A DNA stretch of 64,000 nt from Paraspadella gotoi (lineage: Eukaryota > Animalia > Chaetognatha). The stretch lies in assembly GCA_051294375.1 (NCBI GenBank), contig CM119265.1, forward strand, positions 23,490,776 to 23,554,775, read 5' to 3'. A program made the position numbers and the translations under genes. Below are positions 49,801 through 61,920 of the stretch, one piece after another. Numbering within the stretch: the first letter of the stretch is position 1; the number at the start of each line of letters is the position of its first letter. A model generated the notes under the pieces. The model saw only the letters and a list, made by a program, of their open reading frames with translations, did not search any database and had not been told where the DNA came from.

Positions 49801-51217
49801 ATGAGCCGATTTATGACTATGCCAATTAAAATCTCTCCGGGACTTTCAAAAGTGGAAATTTCAATATTCCAAATCATTGCTAAGTCCATTTCATGTTCAA
49901 AACTATTATAAAAACTTATTATGTATGGGTTCTATTTTTAAACCTTTGATTATTCAACGATTTCATTAGACTATCGGGGCCAATTCCCATTTCCCGAAGA
50001 AACCTTCAGATGAAACCACCCCACTTATCAACTCCAAATGCCATCCCTCGCCACTCCCAATGCCATCCCTGACCACCCCTGACTACGCCCCTATTTCTAC
50101 CTACCCGTTGTGACAAAGCAGGATCCGTTCTCGTTGATGGAAGAGAGCAGCACCATGTCGCAGGGAATCGTCTGCTCGTTGGTGACTTTGACGATGTCGC
50201 CGATGACGACGTCGCGGGCGCGGACGCTGCACTCGGCGCCGTCACGGACGACGACGGTGGGCGCGTCATTGACGGCCTTGTCCGCGCGATGGCGCATGTA
50301 GTCCTCGAAACCCTGGGGAAACGGAGAAAGGTGCTTCTGTTTGTTATGCTAAAGTGACATAACAAGGCCCCGTGGTGTAACGGTTAGCACTCAGGACTTT
50401 GAATCCTGCGATCCGAGTTCAAATCTCGGCGGGACCTCATAGTTCATGTTACGTAATCCGATGTGAATTAATTACACAGATATTTTTTTTTTGATAAGGT
50501 ACGAATATTCCTCTGAAAATACATATATTTTTTCTTAATTTCTGTTCTTTTTTTCTAATTACTTCTTCCTTCTCTTTTTTATTACTTTTACTCCCTATTT
50601 TCTTCATTTTTTTTCATTAATTATCAATTAATATGGAGGAAAAGTAATAAAAAAAGAGAAGGAAGAAAAAATTTTAAAAAAAGAACAGAAATTAATTAAT
50701 TAATTAATTAAATCATCATTCATTCATTCATTATTTTCTCCATTTGTTTCTTTTTCTTTTTCTTTCATTTCAACCTCTCATTTTTTCTATCTTTCTATCT
50801 TTCTATCCCGCTCTTCTCCGTTCCCACCCATCCCCTCCCCCCCCCCTCCGAATCTCCCACCTGCTTCAACGCTGTGACGGTGATGACGAAGCAAAGCGAG
50901 AATACGCTGGGAAAGGGCGAGACGGGGGAGTCGACGGAGAGTTGGACGATGGCCACGAACAAGAAGAAGCAGTTGGCGATGCGGCGGAACTGTTCGAAGA
51001 GGTTCTTCGGCACGAAGCTCCACCACTCGTACTTCGAGGTCTTGACGACGTTGTCAGGGAAACGCGTCGGCAGCGTCGGAGGATCGTCGAGGAGTCGCTG
51101 GCGGTGTTCCCACGATTCGCCGACGAAGATGACTCGATTGGCAGCGGCGGCGGCTGCGGCGGCCGGGGAGCGGCGGCGCAGGAGGAAGGACATTCTTTCC
51201 CCGGGGGTGGATTCCAT
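41473..51217 (-). CDS. ATP11: P4-ATPase phospholipid flippase, ATP11 (class 6)-like
   Basis: [73 protein letters not shown] (phospho-Asp), [40 protein letters not shown] and LVHGHWYY. One apparent frameshift near 43715. Confidence 0.92.
42755..42933 (-). mobile_element. HINE/Helentron-like remnant sharing a terminal hairpin with 53250-53310
   Basis: (GGAC)n microsatellite plus AGAGCCG..ATCTTCTG.....CAGATCCGGCTAAAAA, which recurs at about 53272-53310. Confidence 0.45.
44953..45024 (+). tRNA. tRNA-Gln (CTG)
   Basis: Canonical 72-nt GGTCCCATGGTGTAACGGTTAGCACTCAGGACTCTGAATCCTG...GGTGGGACCT with a T-run terminator. Confidence 0.97.
45062..45289 (+). pseudogene. Two or three decayed tRNA-Gln relics
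   Basis: Fragments GGTTAGCAATGAGGATTATGAATCATG, GTCCCATGGTGTAAT...GTTCGA...GGACTTTTT and GTTCAAATCTCGGTGGGACCT. Confidence 0.7.
45825..45896 (+). tRNA. tRNA-Gln (CTG)
   Basis: Full cloverleaf, anticodon loop ctCTGaa, T-run terminator. Confidence 0.97.
46058..46129 (+). tRNA. tRNA-Gln (TTG)
   Basis: Full cloverleaf, anticodon loop ctTTGaa. Confidence 0.93.
48308..48379 (+). tRNA. tRNA-Gln (TTG)
   Basis: Full cloverleaf, anticodon loop ctTTGaa. Confidence 0.95.
48729..48800 (+). pseudogene. Degenerate tRNA-Gln derivative with TTA anticodon
   Basis: GATCTCATGGTGTTATGGTCATCACTCAGGACT-TTA-AATCCTACAATCCGAGTTCGAATCTCGGAGAGAGCA; D stem and T arm intact, mismatches in the acceptor and anticodon stems. 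Confidence 0.8.
48862..48933 (+). tRNA. tRNA-Gln (CTG)
   Basis: Full cloverleaf. Confidence 0.96.
49708..49779 (+). tRNA. tRNA-Gln (CTG)
   Basis: Full cloverleaf; same body sequence as the 44953 copy. Confidence 0.96.
50366..50437 (+). tRNA. tRNA-Gln (TTG)
   Basis: Cloverleaf with ctTTGaa; one C-A mismatch in the acceptor stem. Confidence 0.9.
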
Positions 51218-51959
51218 TCAGGGGTGGATCGAGGTGGGGTGGCGTGTGGGTGCTGGCGGTGATGAGGACGAGAGAGGGCGTGGAGATGTAGTTAACGACT
51301 CATTGCGGTGAAAACTGTTGTGTTGTGCGAGGGCAGTGGGGGGCTGATCGGGAATTTGGAACAGTTGAAATAATCATAAGGCGACTAGAGGAGACCGAAA
51401 ACCGGATTGGGATCTTAGGTGATGGGTGATTGGGTGTATCTTAAAGCAGTTATTGTTAATTTTGATGCTGAGGTTTAAATTGTTCAGATTGCTTTTTTAT
51501 TGTTTGAGGAGATATGCAAATTTTTCTTTTTTAAGGAGCTCGTTATAATTTACGAAAAAACTAAAAGATAATATTTTTTTTATTGTTTTTTTTTATCACA
51601 GATTTGCGGAGAATGTTTTTTTTTCACTTTTCACTGTTTATCATTTTTTTGAGTAAAGTTAACATTTTTTTTTATTATTTAACGAACGAATTTTTTCCTC
51701 TCAAGCAAAGCGAGTACATCTTTCGCTGAAAAAAAAACAGAGATCGAAACGTATGTAAACAAACAAACGTAAACAAAACAAATAAAGATCAATAAATATA
51801 GACATTTAGTGAGTGCAAGGATCCGGAAAAAGAAGGAAAAGCAGGAAAATTCTTATCGAAGCGAAAGAAATGACAATTTTTGTCAGGAAATAAAGGAAAT
51901 GAGTAGGAAGCCAAGTCACCCCAACCATCGCCACCAAATAATAAAAAAAGGATCCAATC

Positions 51960-52198
51960 CTAAACGTTTTCAATGACACTGTAGATCCACCCCAGGTGGT
52001 TCTGCACTCTGGTGTAGACTCCGGGCATCTTGGCGGCGGCGCAGTGATATCCGAAGCTCGTCAGGCCCACCACTATGAACTTTTGCTGTCGCTCGATCAA
52101 GAGTGGTCCGCCGCTGTCGCCGCGACAAGTGTCAACGCCGCCTTCAGGGTAGGCGGCGCAAACGTCGTCGTCTGGAAGGGAAAAATAATAATAATAAT

Positions 52199-52294
<96 letters not shown>

Positions 52295-53033
52295 CAATGA
52301 ATCAATGAAATATAAAAATCCATCAATCAATCGATCAATTCCTCAGCCTTCATTCGAATATTTAGGAAACTGGATATGTTGAAGAAATCAGAACTTTAAT
52401 CTATAAATTAATCAATTAAGGGAGAGGAGAGAATATACTATATTTATCAACCATTAGTCATGACATTATCCCGTCGAGTTTTTAATGTCTTTTTTTACAA
52501 AAGAAGTCATTACAAATATGGAAATTAATTCAATTTATTCGTTGATTCCGTACTTATTCGATGAAAAGATAAATTTTTCAAGCAATCATTCAAAAAAAAA
52601 GCTTGAAACAAATGGGGGATAAATGATATAATCAAGCACCAAGCATTCATTCCCAACCTCCTCACTTACCTTCTTTTCACTTACCCTGAATGCTGAGCGA
52701 TTCTCCGCCCAACTCGTTCACCCACTTTTGACACAACGAGTTGTTCACCAACGGAATCGACGCCGCCTGCAATTTCGGCGTCCCCTTTCCAGCGTCGTTG
52801 CTCGTGAATCCCCAACCGGCGACGACGCCGTGCGATCCCGGCGCGTAGAGGTCCTCGCCGGCGCCGTCGATGATGAGAGCGGACGGCGTCGGCGGAAGAC
52901 ACGCCGGTTGGACGTAGAAGGTCCGTTTGAGCGGCGTGACTCGGAGAAGAGCGATGTCGTTGTGGTATTGATCTTTTGACCGTGGCGGGTGTCGGTGGCC
53001 TGGGGAGGGGTGGGTGGAAGAGAAGTTAGAGAA

Positions 53034-53107
<74 letters not shown>

Positions 53108-55621
53108 GAGAGAGAGAGAGAGAGAGAGAAGGAGAGTAAGAGAGAGATAATTGAATTGCGTATACCGATGATATCAATTATATTCTAATTTATTATAATT
53201 CGATATTCTGAGATGATCTAAATGATTTACCGATAATATTTAGGGGTGTGATCGACGGATTGACAAATTATAGAGCCGGGATCTTCTGAACGCAGATCCG
53301 GCTAAAAAAATACTGACGACGGCAGAACCGATATAATAAAATGACAAAACAAAACAAACCAAAAACGAGGAAAAACAACTCTCCGGGTGAACGACAACTA
53401 ATTCGAGCTAAGACATTAAATAAACAAAAAAGAGCAGTCCCCCTTAAATGATTTAAAAAAACACCTGAAAAAAACACAATCCAGGTTGCTGAATGTCAAC
53501 ATTAAACAGCAAGGATATTTAATTAGTGGTATGCCACGATAACCGTTTTCCTTTCAAATAACAAATTAACAGTAATTTAAAAAAACCACAGGTCTCGTGG
53601 TGTAATGGTTAGCACTCAGGACTTTGAATCCTGCGATCCGAGTTCAAATCTCGGCGAGACCTTAAAAAAAAAGAAAAAGTGGTGATAACAACTTTTGTGG
53701 ACATTATAATAGCCTTTTCTTTAAACATACTTAGTTAAAATAACTACCTTAAGCTTGTAACCATCGTGGGGGACGACCTCGAGCACCTCCAACTCTTGCT
53801 CGAATCCCGAGAGCCTCTCGACGTCCGTCTCTCCGACGAAGACTTTGTAGAATCGCGGGTCGCGTTGGAGGTCGAAGCAGTGAGCCGCTGTGAGGATCCA
53901 ATCGTCGGCAATCACGGTGCCACCGCAATGAGTGGTCTGTGATCCGAGAGTGTTCGATTTGTGGGTAATCTTTACGGGAGAAGTGGATAGTACTATAAAT
54001 TTTAATATATCTGAAATAATTAACTAAGATTCTCTTAGTAAGAAGGAAAGTAAGTAAAAGAAGTACATTGTACTATAGCGACTAAAAACCTGAGCGATCC
54101 ACGGAAAGGCGCCGTTCCTGGCCGTTTGCCCGCCCACCACTCTGCCGGCGTCGTCAAGCGGCGGCGGCGTCTGATAGACGCGGCGACGACCGCAGCCGAC
54201 GCGCCATTCGAAATCGTCCAGCGGCTGCTTGAAGCAGCGCACGACTGACGGAGCCGCGACGCTGTCGTCGAAGCAGCAGCCTTCCGTGGTTTCGCAGAGA
54301 GCGCGGTTCTTCTCGAGTTCCGGGGAATTTTTCTGAGAGGGAGAATTAATTTATTTTTTAGAGGATTTAGCTATCTTTCAAGATTTGGTTAGTTTAAAAT
54401 TATAAAGTTTATTTTCAAATTCAAACATTTTAAAACTTTAAAATTAGAAGAGTTTGAAATTAATTTTCAACAACGATTTATTTTTTTATTTTTTTAATTT
54501 TTTTGTTGTTGAAAATTAATTTCAAACTCTTCTAATTATTACACAACGAAACTAAAAGATTATACCACAACTTTAAAATTTAAAACATTTCAAAATGTTA
54601 TGATTATGTGAATTAACTTTTTCACAGGATTTTTAATGCTTTTCTAGAGAGAAAAAAAATCCAGTAAATGATTTAAAGGCCAAGGGAAATTGTGAAATTG
54701 TGAAATTTAAATAAAATACCTGACACGATCTCCTATTTTTGGGCTTGACCAGATTGCAGACGTGATTGCTCGAGTAGAAACAAGTGGGCACGCCCTTCAT
54801 CTCCGCCTGATAGCAGCAGCCGCGGCGTCTGACGCATTCGTCCCGCGTGACGTCCTGAGGTCCGCAGCTCCGTCGCTTGCAGACGGGCATGATGAAGCAG
54901 CCCTCCATCCCGAACTCATCGCGCGCAGTTTCGTTGAACTTGTGGACCGTCATGAAGTCCTGGGAAGCGGGAAGGGGGGGGGGAGAAATATTTGGTTTTG
55001 AAAAGTTGTCGAAAGTGTTGTTGACGTAGGGTTGGAATGAGAAAACTAATTAACGTTGCCATTGGCAAGAAGACCAGTATAAAATCTATACTAATAAATG
55101 GTTTTCTGTTTTCTGTAAGTAAAATTCAATTGATCTGTCATGGTTTGCAAAAGGCAGCTTTTTTTAGCGGAGTGTTTCAAATTGTCTCGATGTGCTGTTT
55201 CGCTCTTTTACTTTACGGCATCACGGTATCACGGCATCGACACCTGAAACTTTGCTCCTCCTCGACTGAGCGTCGCTGGAAGAAAAAACGGAAGCGATGG
55301 CGAGAGCAAAGATGCAGATGAGTCCAGCGGTTGTGACGATCCAGAGAGTTCGGTATGAGACCTTCTCTTGCCCCAGCATCGCCTGGAGGATAATTCATAA
55401 AACCGATTAACACAAAAAGGGAACATAAATAACGATGATAAAATGTCTTAAGATTATTTCTGTTCTTGGAGGTCGTTTTCAATTTAAAATTTGAGGAATT
55501 TATTACACATATTACATTTTTTTACACTTAAGTCTCAGTTGTAGTTTTCAGAGAAGGTCATTTGTGTTTTTGAGACAACATTAGGTCAACTTTCAAATAA
55601 AGCTCTAGAGAAAACGAATCA

Positions 55622-55667
<46 letters not shown>

Positions 55668-55861
55668 TTCTTTCTAACTCATTCTCTAACTCACCTTTAA
55701 ACAAGGCGACAGCTTGAGCGACGAGGGAACCTCCACGGGCCTGTTCGTCGGCACGCTGTACAACTGCTCCTCGCGCTTGGCAGGGAGAGTCGGGGGCCGC
55801 AGCCTTGACAGGGGGGAGAAAGGGCGGGGCGGCCGCCGCGGCTGCTGGAGCGACACCTGTT
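51960..55861 (-). CDS. Trypsin-family (S1A) serine protease with two N-terminal trefoil (P-type) domains; additional 5' exons likely upstream (e.g. about 56755-56955)
   Basis: Activation site R|VVGG, FPWIAQ, HCGG, WILTAAHC (His), YHNDIALL (Asp), VAGWG, DTCRGDSGGP (Ser, Asp189) and PGVYTRV. Trefoil patterns RRSCG...ECVRRRGCCY...PTCF and RRSCQ...LCETTEGCCFDD...RCF. Confidence 0.88.
52183..52294. repeat. (AAT)n microsatellite
   Basis: Direct inspection. Confidence 0.95.
53591..53662 (+). tRNA. tRNA-Gln (TTG) in a protease intron
   Basis: Full cloverleaf with compensatory acceptor stem GGTCTCG/CGAGACC. Confidence 0.95.
54442..54537. repeat. Perfect 33-bp inverted repeat with a 30-bp T-rich spacer
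   Basis: AATTAGAAGAGTTTGAAATTAATTTTCAACAAC ... GTTGTTGAAAATTAATTTCAAACTCTTCTAATT. Confidence 0.9.
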
Positions 55862-56166
55862 TAGGGTTGGTAAATTTGGGGAGAGGAGCAAATGAAATTC
55901 TACTTGTAAGGAAGCTGGGGCAACAGTCTGCAGCCCTTGCATAATCCACCATCGCCTTGAGATTAATTAAGCAAACTTACAAAAGACTTAAATTGAAAGA
56001 AAAAACATCGGAATATAGTTCGTCCGAGTTGTTTTTTTTTTTTATCTTTCACGAAAGATCGACAAAATCTTGTCACATTCGCGACTTCTCGAATCTGTCA
56101 GTCGTTTAGCTTAAAAGTCTTCGGCGGGGGGAATGGTTTTTTAATCAGTTAAGTGACTGCAAAGGA

Positions 56167-56237
<71 letters not shown>

Positions 56238-57563
56238 AAGCAAAAAAAAAATATCCCCAAGTTGAAGGTTATTTCCGCGTAAATCCTTTTTGTGTAAATG
56301 AAATGGATATAACTCTCTCTGTCTCTCTCTTTCTACCTCTAATATAAACCTCGAATTTTCCTAAATGTCAGAGTAAGAGAAATGAGAGAGAGTTATTTTC
56401 GTCTCCAGGGAGTAACGTCGAAGTCGCGCTCAGCGACGTCGTCGTCGGCATTGACGTCGTCTTGATCGTCGCAATTCTTACATTCTCCCTTCATTTAGTC
56501 GTCGTTCTAAATATCTTTTTACCTACTTTCATCTCCGTCTGCTTTTGAGTCTCCTTTACCCGTAGTCGTCGCTGTCATAGTCGTCTTTGTTCCTCTTTCA
56601 TCGGATATTGTTTTCGTCGTCGTCGTTGTCGATTCAACTTCCTCCGTTCGCGAATGGCGACGAGCAAGCTGACGTCAACCGTAAACGCCGCATCAGCCGC
56701 CGCCGCAGCCGCCGCCAACCGACGTCATTCATTGCGATGACGTCAAAAACTTACTTCCTCGATTTCCTCCTCGGCAACAGCGTAGATGGAATCGCCGGCG
56801 GCGTCGGCGGCTTCGTAATAGACATTCTGGGCGCTCCTTGCGGCGTGACGCCCGTTGGGGTCGCGAAAGCCCATCTTTGGACTGCCGCCGTCGTCGTAGA
56901 CGTCTTCCTCGGTCAGGGCCTCCAACGCCACCGAGCGATCGGGCCAGCGAGACATTTCGAATTGCGAGGGCGTGGAGAGATGGGGGTCGGTTGAAGTGTG
57001 GTCGAGTTAAGCGTGGTGTTAAGTGTGGGGGCGTGGCCTGTAAGGCGGAGGAGAGAGAAAAAGTGAGGGGAGCTGTGGGCGGAAGAAGTGCGGGTAGAGT
57101 GGGCAGTTTGAAGGGAAGTGTGGTGAGATGGTAGATGTGGAAAAAATGTAAACGGTAGTGAATTGTTGGAAGCGGAAGTTTAAAAGCAAAGATGGCGGTT
57201 TTAGCGATAAAACAACTGCTAATTGTTCGTTTATGATATTGTTAGTTTTTTTTTCTTCGTTTTTTGATCTGAACTTCCAAATTCTATTTGAAAAAGCGGG
57301 AATTCGTTTTGTTGTTTTTTGTCTCTCTGGAGATTCGAGATTTTTCGACGTTTTTTCTTCCTTTTTTAACTCGATTTTTCTTTTCTTTGAGGTGAATCAG
57401 TTTAGGGAGATTTTTTGTCGGAAAGTTCAAATTAATTAGAATCCTTTTGTCTTAAGTAACACGGAAAGAAGAAGAGAAAGAAGACTTTGCTTGTTTTTCA
57501 CTTTTGTTTTTATTGTCGATTTTTAGCCAAATTTCCGTTTCGTTGTTTCGTCGTCGAGACGCT

Positions 57564-57621
<58 letters not shown>

Positions 57622-58794
57622 TCTAACGAGATCGTCGTCATGCGGGTTTTGAATTAAGAAATGAGGGTGACTTTGCTCGATCGATTTGATGCTGACCAAA
57701 AGCTTCATTTTAAAATGTCTGTGCCTGAAAAGAAAAAAGAAAAATGAGTGGAAAAAAGAAATAATTGAATTTAAAAAAAAAATTTGTGGATCTTAAAACG
57801 TTTTCGTTATCTCTCTTCTCTCGACAGACAAATCATTTTTTTTCGGTCCATCGAGAATCAGGGGTTTTCCAGAAAAAACATCTTTCAATTTCAAATGAGA
57901 AGATAATGAAGATGATTTATTACTAAGACTTTTAGGAAATGATTTGAAAATATATATTTAAAAAAGAATAAGTATAGGGAAAATGAAATAAAAAAAATCA
58001 CTAAAAACCCCTGTGCTAGAATAAACAAAGATAAATTATTTCCTATTTTAAAATAAAAAGCTAAGACTTGAAACCAAGCGAATCTTCGTTTTTAATATAT
58101 AATTTAATTTCTAATTTCTTATAACGTGAAAAAAAGCCACATGATTGAATTCGATTAGGTGGGAAGTTTAAAATCTGAAAAAATAATTCGCGATTTAAAA
58201 ACCAAATTATTTGGATTGAATATAGATTAAACAGACGGAAACAATCTTAAAGCGATATATCCGGATCAAGAATTTTAAAAACAAATTAGTAAATGAATGA
58301 TCGGCGAAATTCAAGGCAAACATTTCTAAAATAGTTAAACAAATTTGACGAAAACTTAATTCTTTATTACAAAAATGGAGATTTTTACTTCATTCTTGCG
58401 TCGGGCAAAGTTTTTATTATTTTCGATAAAATTTAAAAAAAGATCATACGATCATGACAAATGGTTTCGAAGAAATACTTTTCATATCTTTAAATAAACC
58501 AACCAATCATGAGATTTAGTTTATTAAAAATCCTGAAACTTAAAAAAAAGTTCTCTTCTTGAACACGTAAAATTGATCGTATTAGTATTCTCCAAAAAAT
58601 GGGCATTTTGTTGAGCACGAAATTTAAAAACTTAATCAAGTTTCGAGTCCTAAACCAGAAAAAAAGCCGATGACGTCATCGAAGGAAGAAACAGTCGAAA
58701 CCGGCTTCCCATTGGCCGAATCGGGCCGATCACTCGCTATGATTAGTCGAACGTAACCCATGTCTCTCGTCCCGTGAATTCGAGGGACAAGAAA

Positions 58795-58833
<39 letters not shown>

Positions 58834-59115
58834 GTCTCTCTGCTCTCTCCTTCTATCGCTCCCACAAAATAACCTCAGGGAAGCAGAGCTGTTTTTGTCT
58901 GTCCCTATCTCTCTCTCTCTTTGTGTTACTGGGACCCCGGGACGGCAATGCGCGACATTGCCGCCATGCCCTGCCGATCCCGGCGAAGTTGTCAACCTGA
59001 AGAGCGAAAGCGATTCCCCTTCGATTTTTATCTGCGGTCGATTATCGAGAATTTTCGGTCGGATGATAGGCGGTGCACCGAGATTGAGAGCGAGAGGAAA
59101 CCGATAGAGAGGGAG

Positions 59116-59151
<36 letters not shown>

Positions 59152-59536
59152 GCAAATGGAAAAGCGTGTAACTGTCGTGAGAATGAGCGACCGACAGACC
59201 GACTGAAACCCGTTTTCCTCTCCATGGAATCGGAATCGAGGTGAGTTCGGTTTCCATGGAAACGGCGTTAGAGTCATCCTCATCTTCACGAAACTGATCC
59301 GTGAAAAGAGTCGCAGTTAAAATCCTATTAGCTTTGGTGTTTGTTACCAGTTTATTTATTCTTTATCATATTATTAGGAAAAAAAAAATTTTAAATATTA
59401 ACAGTGAGATAATCGTCCAATCGCTTATAACTTTGTATTTTTCAGCCAATCCGATTTGCATTTGGAGAAATAACCCAAAAAACACGAATTCTGTACGTTT
59501 GTTGGATTTTCGAAAGTCGAAGAACGAGTGTGAGTG

Positions 59537-59595
<59 letters not shown>

Positions 59596-60395
59596 NNNNN
59601 NNNNNNNNNNNNNNNNNNNNNNNNNNNNNNNNNNNNNNNNNNNNNNNNNNNNNNNNNNNNNNNNNNNNNNNNNNNNNNNNNNNNNNNNNNNNNNNNNNNN
59701 NNNNNNNNNNNNNNNNNNNNNNNNNNNNNNNNNNNNNNNNNNNNNNNNNNNNNNNNNNNNNNNNNNNNNNNNNNNNNNNNNNNNNNNNNNNNNNNNNNNN
59801 NNNNNNNNNNNNNNNNNNNNNNNNNNNNNNNNNNNNNNNNNNNNNNNNNNNNNNNNNNNNNNNNNNNNNNNNNNNNNNNNNNNNNNNNNNNNNNNNNNNN
59901 NNNNNNNNNNNNNNNNNNNNNNNNNNNNNNNNNNNNNNNNNNNNNNNNNNNNNNNNNNNNNNNNNNNNNNNNNNNNNNNNNNNNNNNNNNNNNNNNNNNN
60001 NNNNNNNNNNNNNNNNNNNNNNNNNNNNNNNNNNNNNNNNNNNNNNNNNNNNNNNNNNNNNNNNNNNNNNNNNNNNNNNNNNNNNNNNNNNNNNNNNNNN
60101 NNNNNNNNNNNNNNNNNNNNNNNNNNNNNNNNNNNNNNNNNNNNNNNNNNNNNNNNNNNNNNNNNNNNNNNNNNNNNNNNNNNNNNNNNNNNNNNNNNNN
60201 NNNNNNNNNNNNNNNNNNNNNNNNNNNNNNNNNNNNNNNNNNNNNNNNNNNNNNNNNNNNNNNNNNNNNNNNNNNNNNNNNNNNNNNNNNNNNNNNNNNN
60301 NNNNNNNNNNNNNNNNNNNNNNNNNNNNNNNNNNNNNNNNNNNNNNNNNNNNNNNNNNNNNNNNNNNNNNNNNNNNNNNNNNNNNNNNNNNNNNN
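59596..60395. other. Assembly gap (N run)
   Basis: N characters following (CT)n. Confidence 1.
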
Positions 60396-60607
60396 AATAA
60401 AAACAAAAGGCTGCGACCGCTAGATGGAATCGAGAGGCACACTATATTGGAGTTTCGTTGCACAATAAGCTTTTTATTATTTTTTATATCATACGATAAT
60501 CAGTAAGATGAGAGAAAGAGGGGGAAGGGAGGGAGGGGAGGGAAGGAGAGAGAGAGAGAAGAAGAGAGAGAGAGAGAGAAGAGAGAGTAGAGAGAGAGAG
60601 AGAGGTA

Positions 60608-60644
<37 letters not shown>

Positions 60645-61210
60645 GCCCTTGGAAATGCCTTTTTTCTGTCTTCTCCAGAAACGTGATATTTTGCACGAAA
60701 ATCTCTCTTCTATGTGCAAAGAAAAAGAAAAAAAATATTCCCGCGAGATGGACGGGTCGTTAAGGTCGATAGGTCTAGGAGTGAAGTGATTGATTATTAA
60801 TGATTATTAATGATATCAGACCAGGATACAACAAGAGAAATAAAAAGAACACAGACGAGACGAGTTTGTTTGCTCTATTGATTTTTAGCCTTTTCAACAG
60901 CGAGAAAAAAAAAGTGGGAGAGATATTTTGACGAAAACTACCCGATTATAATTTTTCCGCGAATTTTATTGTGAATGAGATACTATTTTAGGTTTTGTGC
61001 TTAATTATTTCTTCAAGCGAAGAACGATAAAGCAATAAGGCTTCGTCATTGCGACATCCCAGAAAAAAAATCGTAAAATCCGTTTTCGTTAAAGCCATTA
61101 ATTTCTAATTCGGAGTGAACGCCCCCCCCCAAAAAAAAAAATTGCAACTGAGGACTGAGTTAGAGTTAATTCTATCTCTGGCCTAAACGACCCGACTGCG
61201 GTGGATCGGG

Positions 61211-61269
61211 GAGCGGCGGTGGGCGGCTGTGAGCCGCTGTGAGCGGCGGGGAGCGGCTGTGACAGCTGT
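61211..61269. repeat. Degenerate 10-bp tandem repeat (GAGCGGCTGT) x about 6
   Basis: gagcggcggt gggcggctgt gagccgctgt gagcggcggg gagcggctgt gacagctgt. Confidence 0.8.
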
Positions 61270-61920
61270 GGTGTGACGGGAGAGAAAACCGCCAGAGGCG
61301 CTGACCAAGCGTTTTATGCGCGTTAATGGACGGCGCCAACGACGTTTTCAATCGTCACGCTGGTAACACTGTCGTCAGCTCGTTTGCCACGATTTCTGGT
61401 CCGTCGTTTTGCTTTTCAAAATAAATAATACAATCATTGTTTGAATGTTTGAATCGTTGCAATTCGAATTGTTTTTAGTGCAGCAACGGCAACGTTTATG
61501 ATTTTAATATAAACTTATGCCTCTAAATTGAAAAAAATAATAACAATAACAATAATAAAATAATTATAATAATAATAATAATGATAAATATTTAATTTAA
61601 TATTTTTAAACAGATCCGCTTTTCTTTTTCTTCTCTTTACTTTCTTGTTTTTAAGATTTTTTCAAATTAAAAATCTCACAGTAATCCTATAGAGTAATTG
61701 TTAAATAGAGGAATTCTTAGTTCGTCCAACAGAAAATTCAAAAACAACATCATTGAGATATATTTATCTTAATCGTTTGGGCGGATTTGAAAAAGATTTC
61801 AAGATTTCAAGATTCACTTTAAATAAAATTTGTGAAGTCTCTCCGTTGAAATATCAAATACGAACGATTCGTGTGGATAAGGCGCTAAGTGGGCTGAAGA
61901 TGACTATCCGTAACTTCTAT

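Noticed and set aside
51996-52382. Poly-Ile and poly-Asn ORFs
   Set aside because: (AAT)n microsatellite in a protease intron.
44953-53662. CRISPR-like repeat array
   Set aside because: The repeats are 72-nt tRNA cloverleafs with irregular spacing in a eukaryotic gene; no cas genes.
58636-59289. 217-aa minus-strand ORF
   Set aside because: It runs through two GA/CT microsatellites and has no recognisable motif. It may hide small exons or UTR, but no product can be supported.
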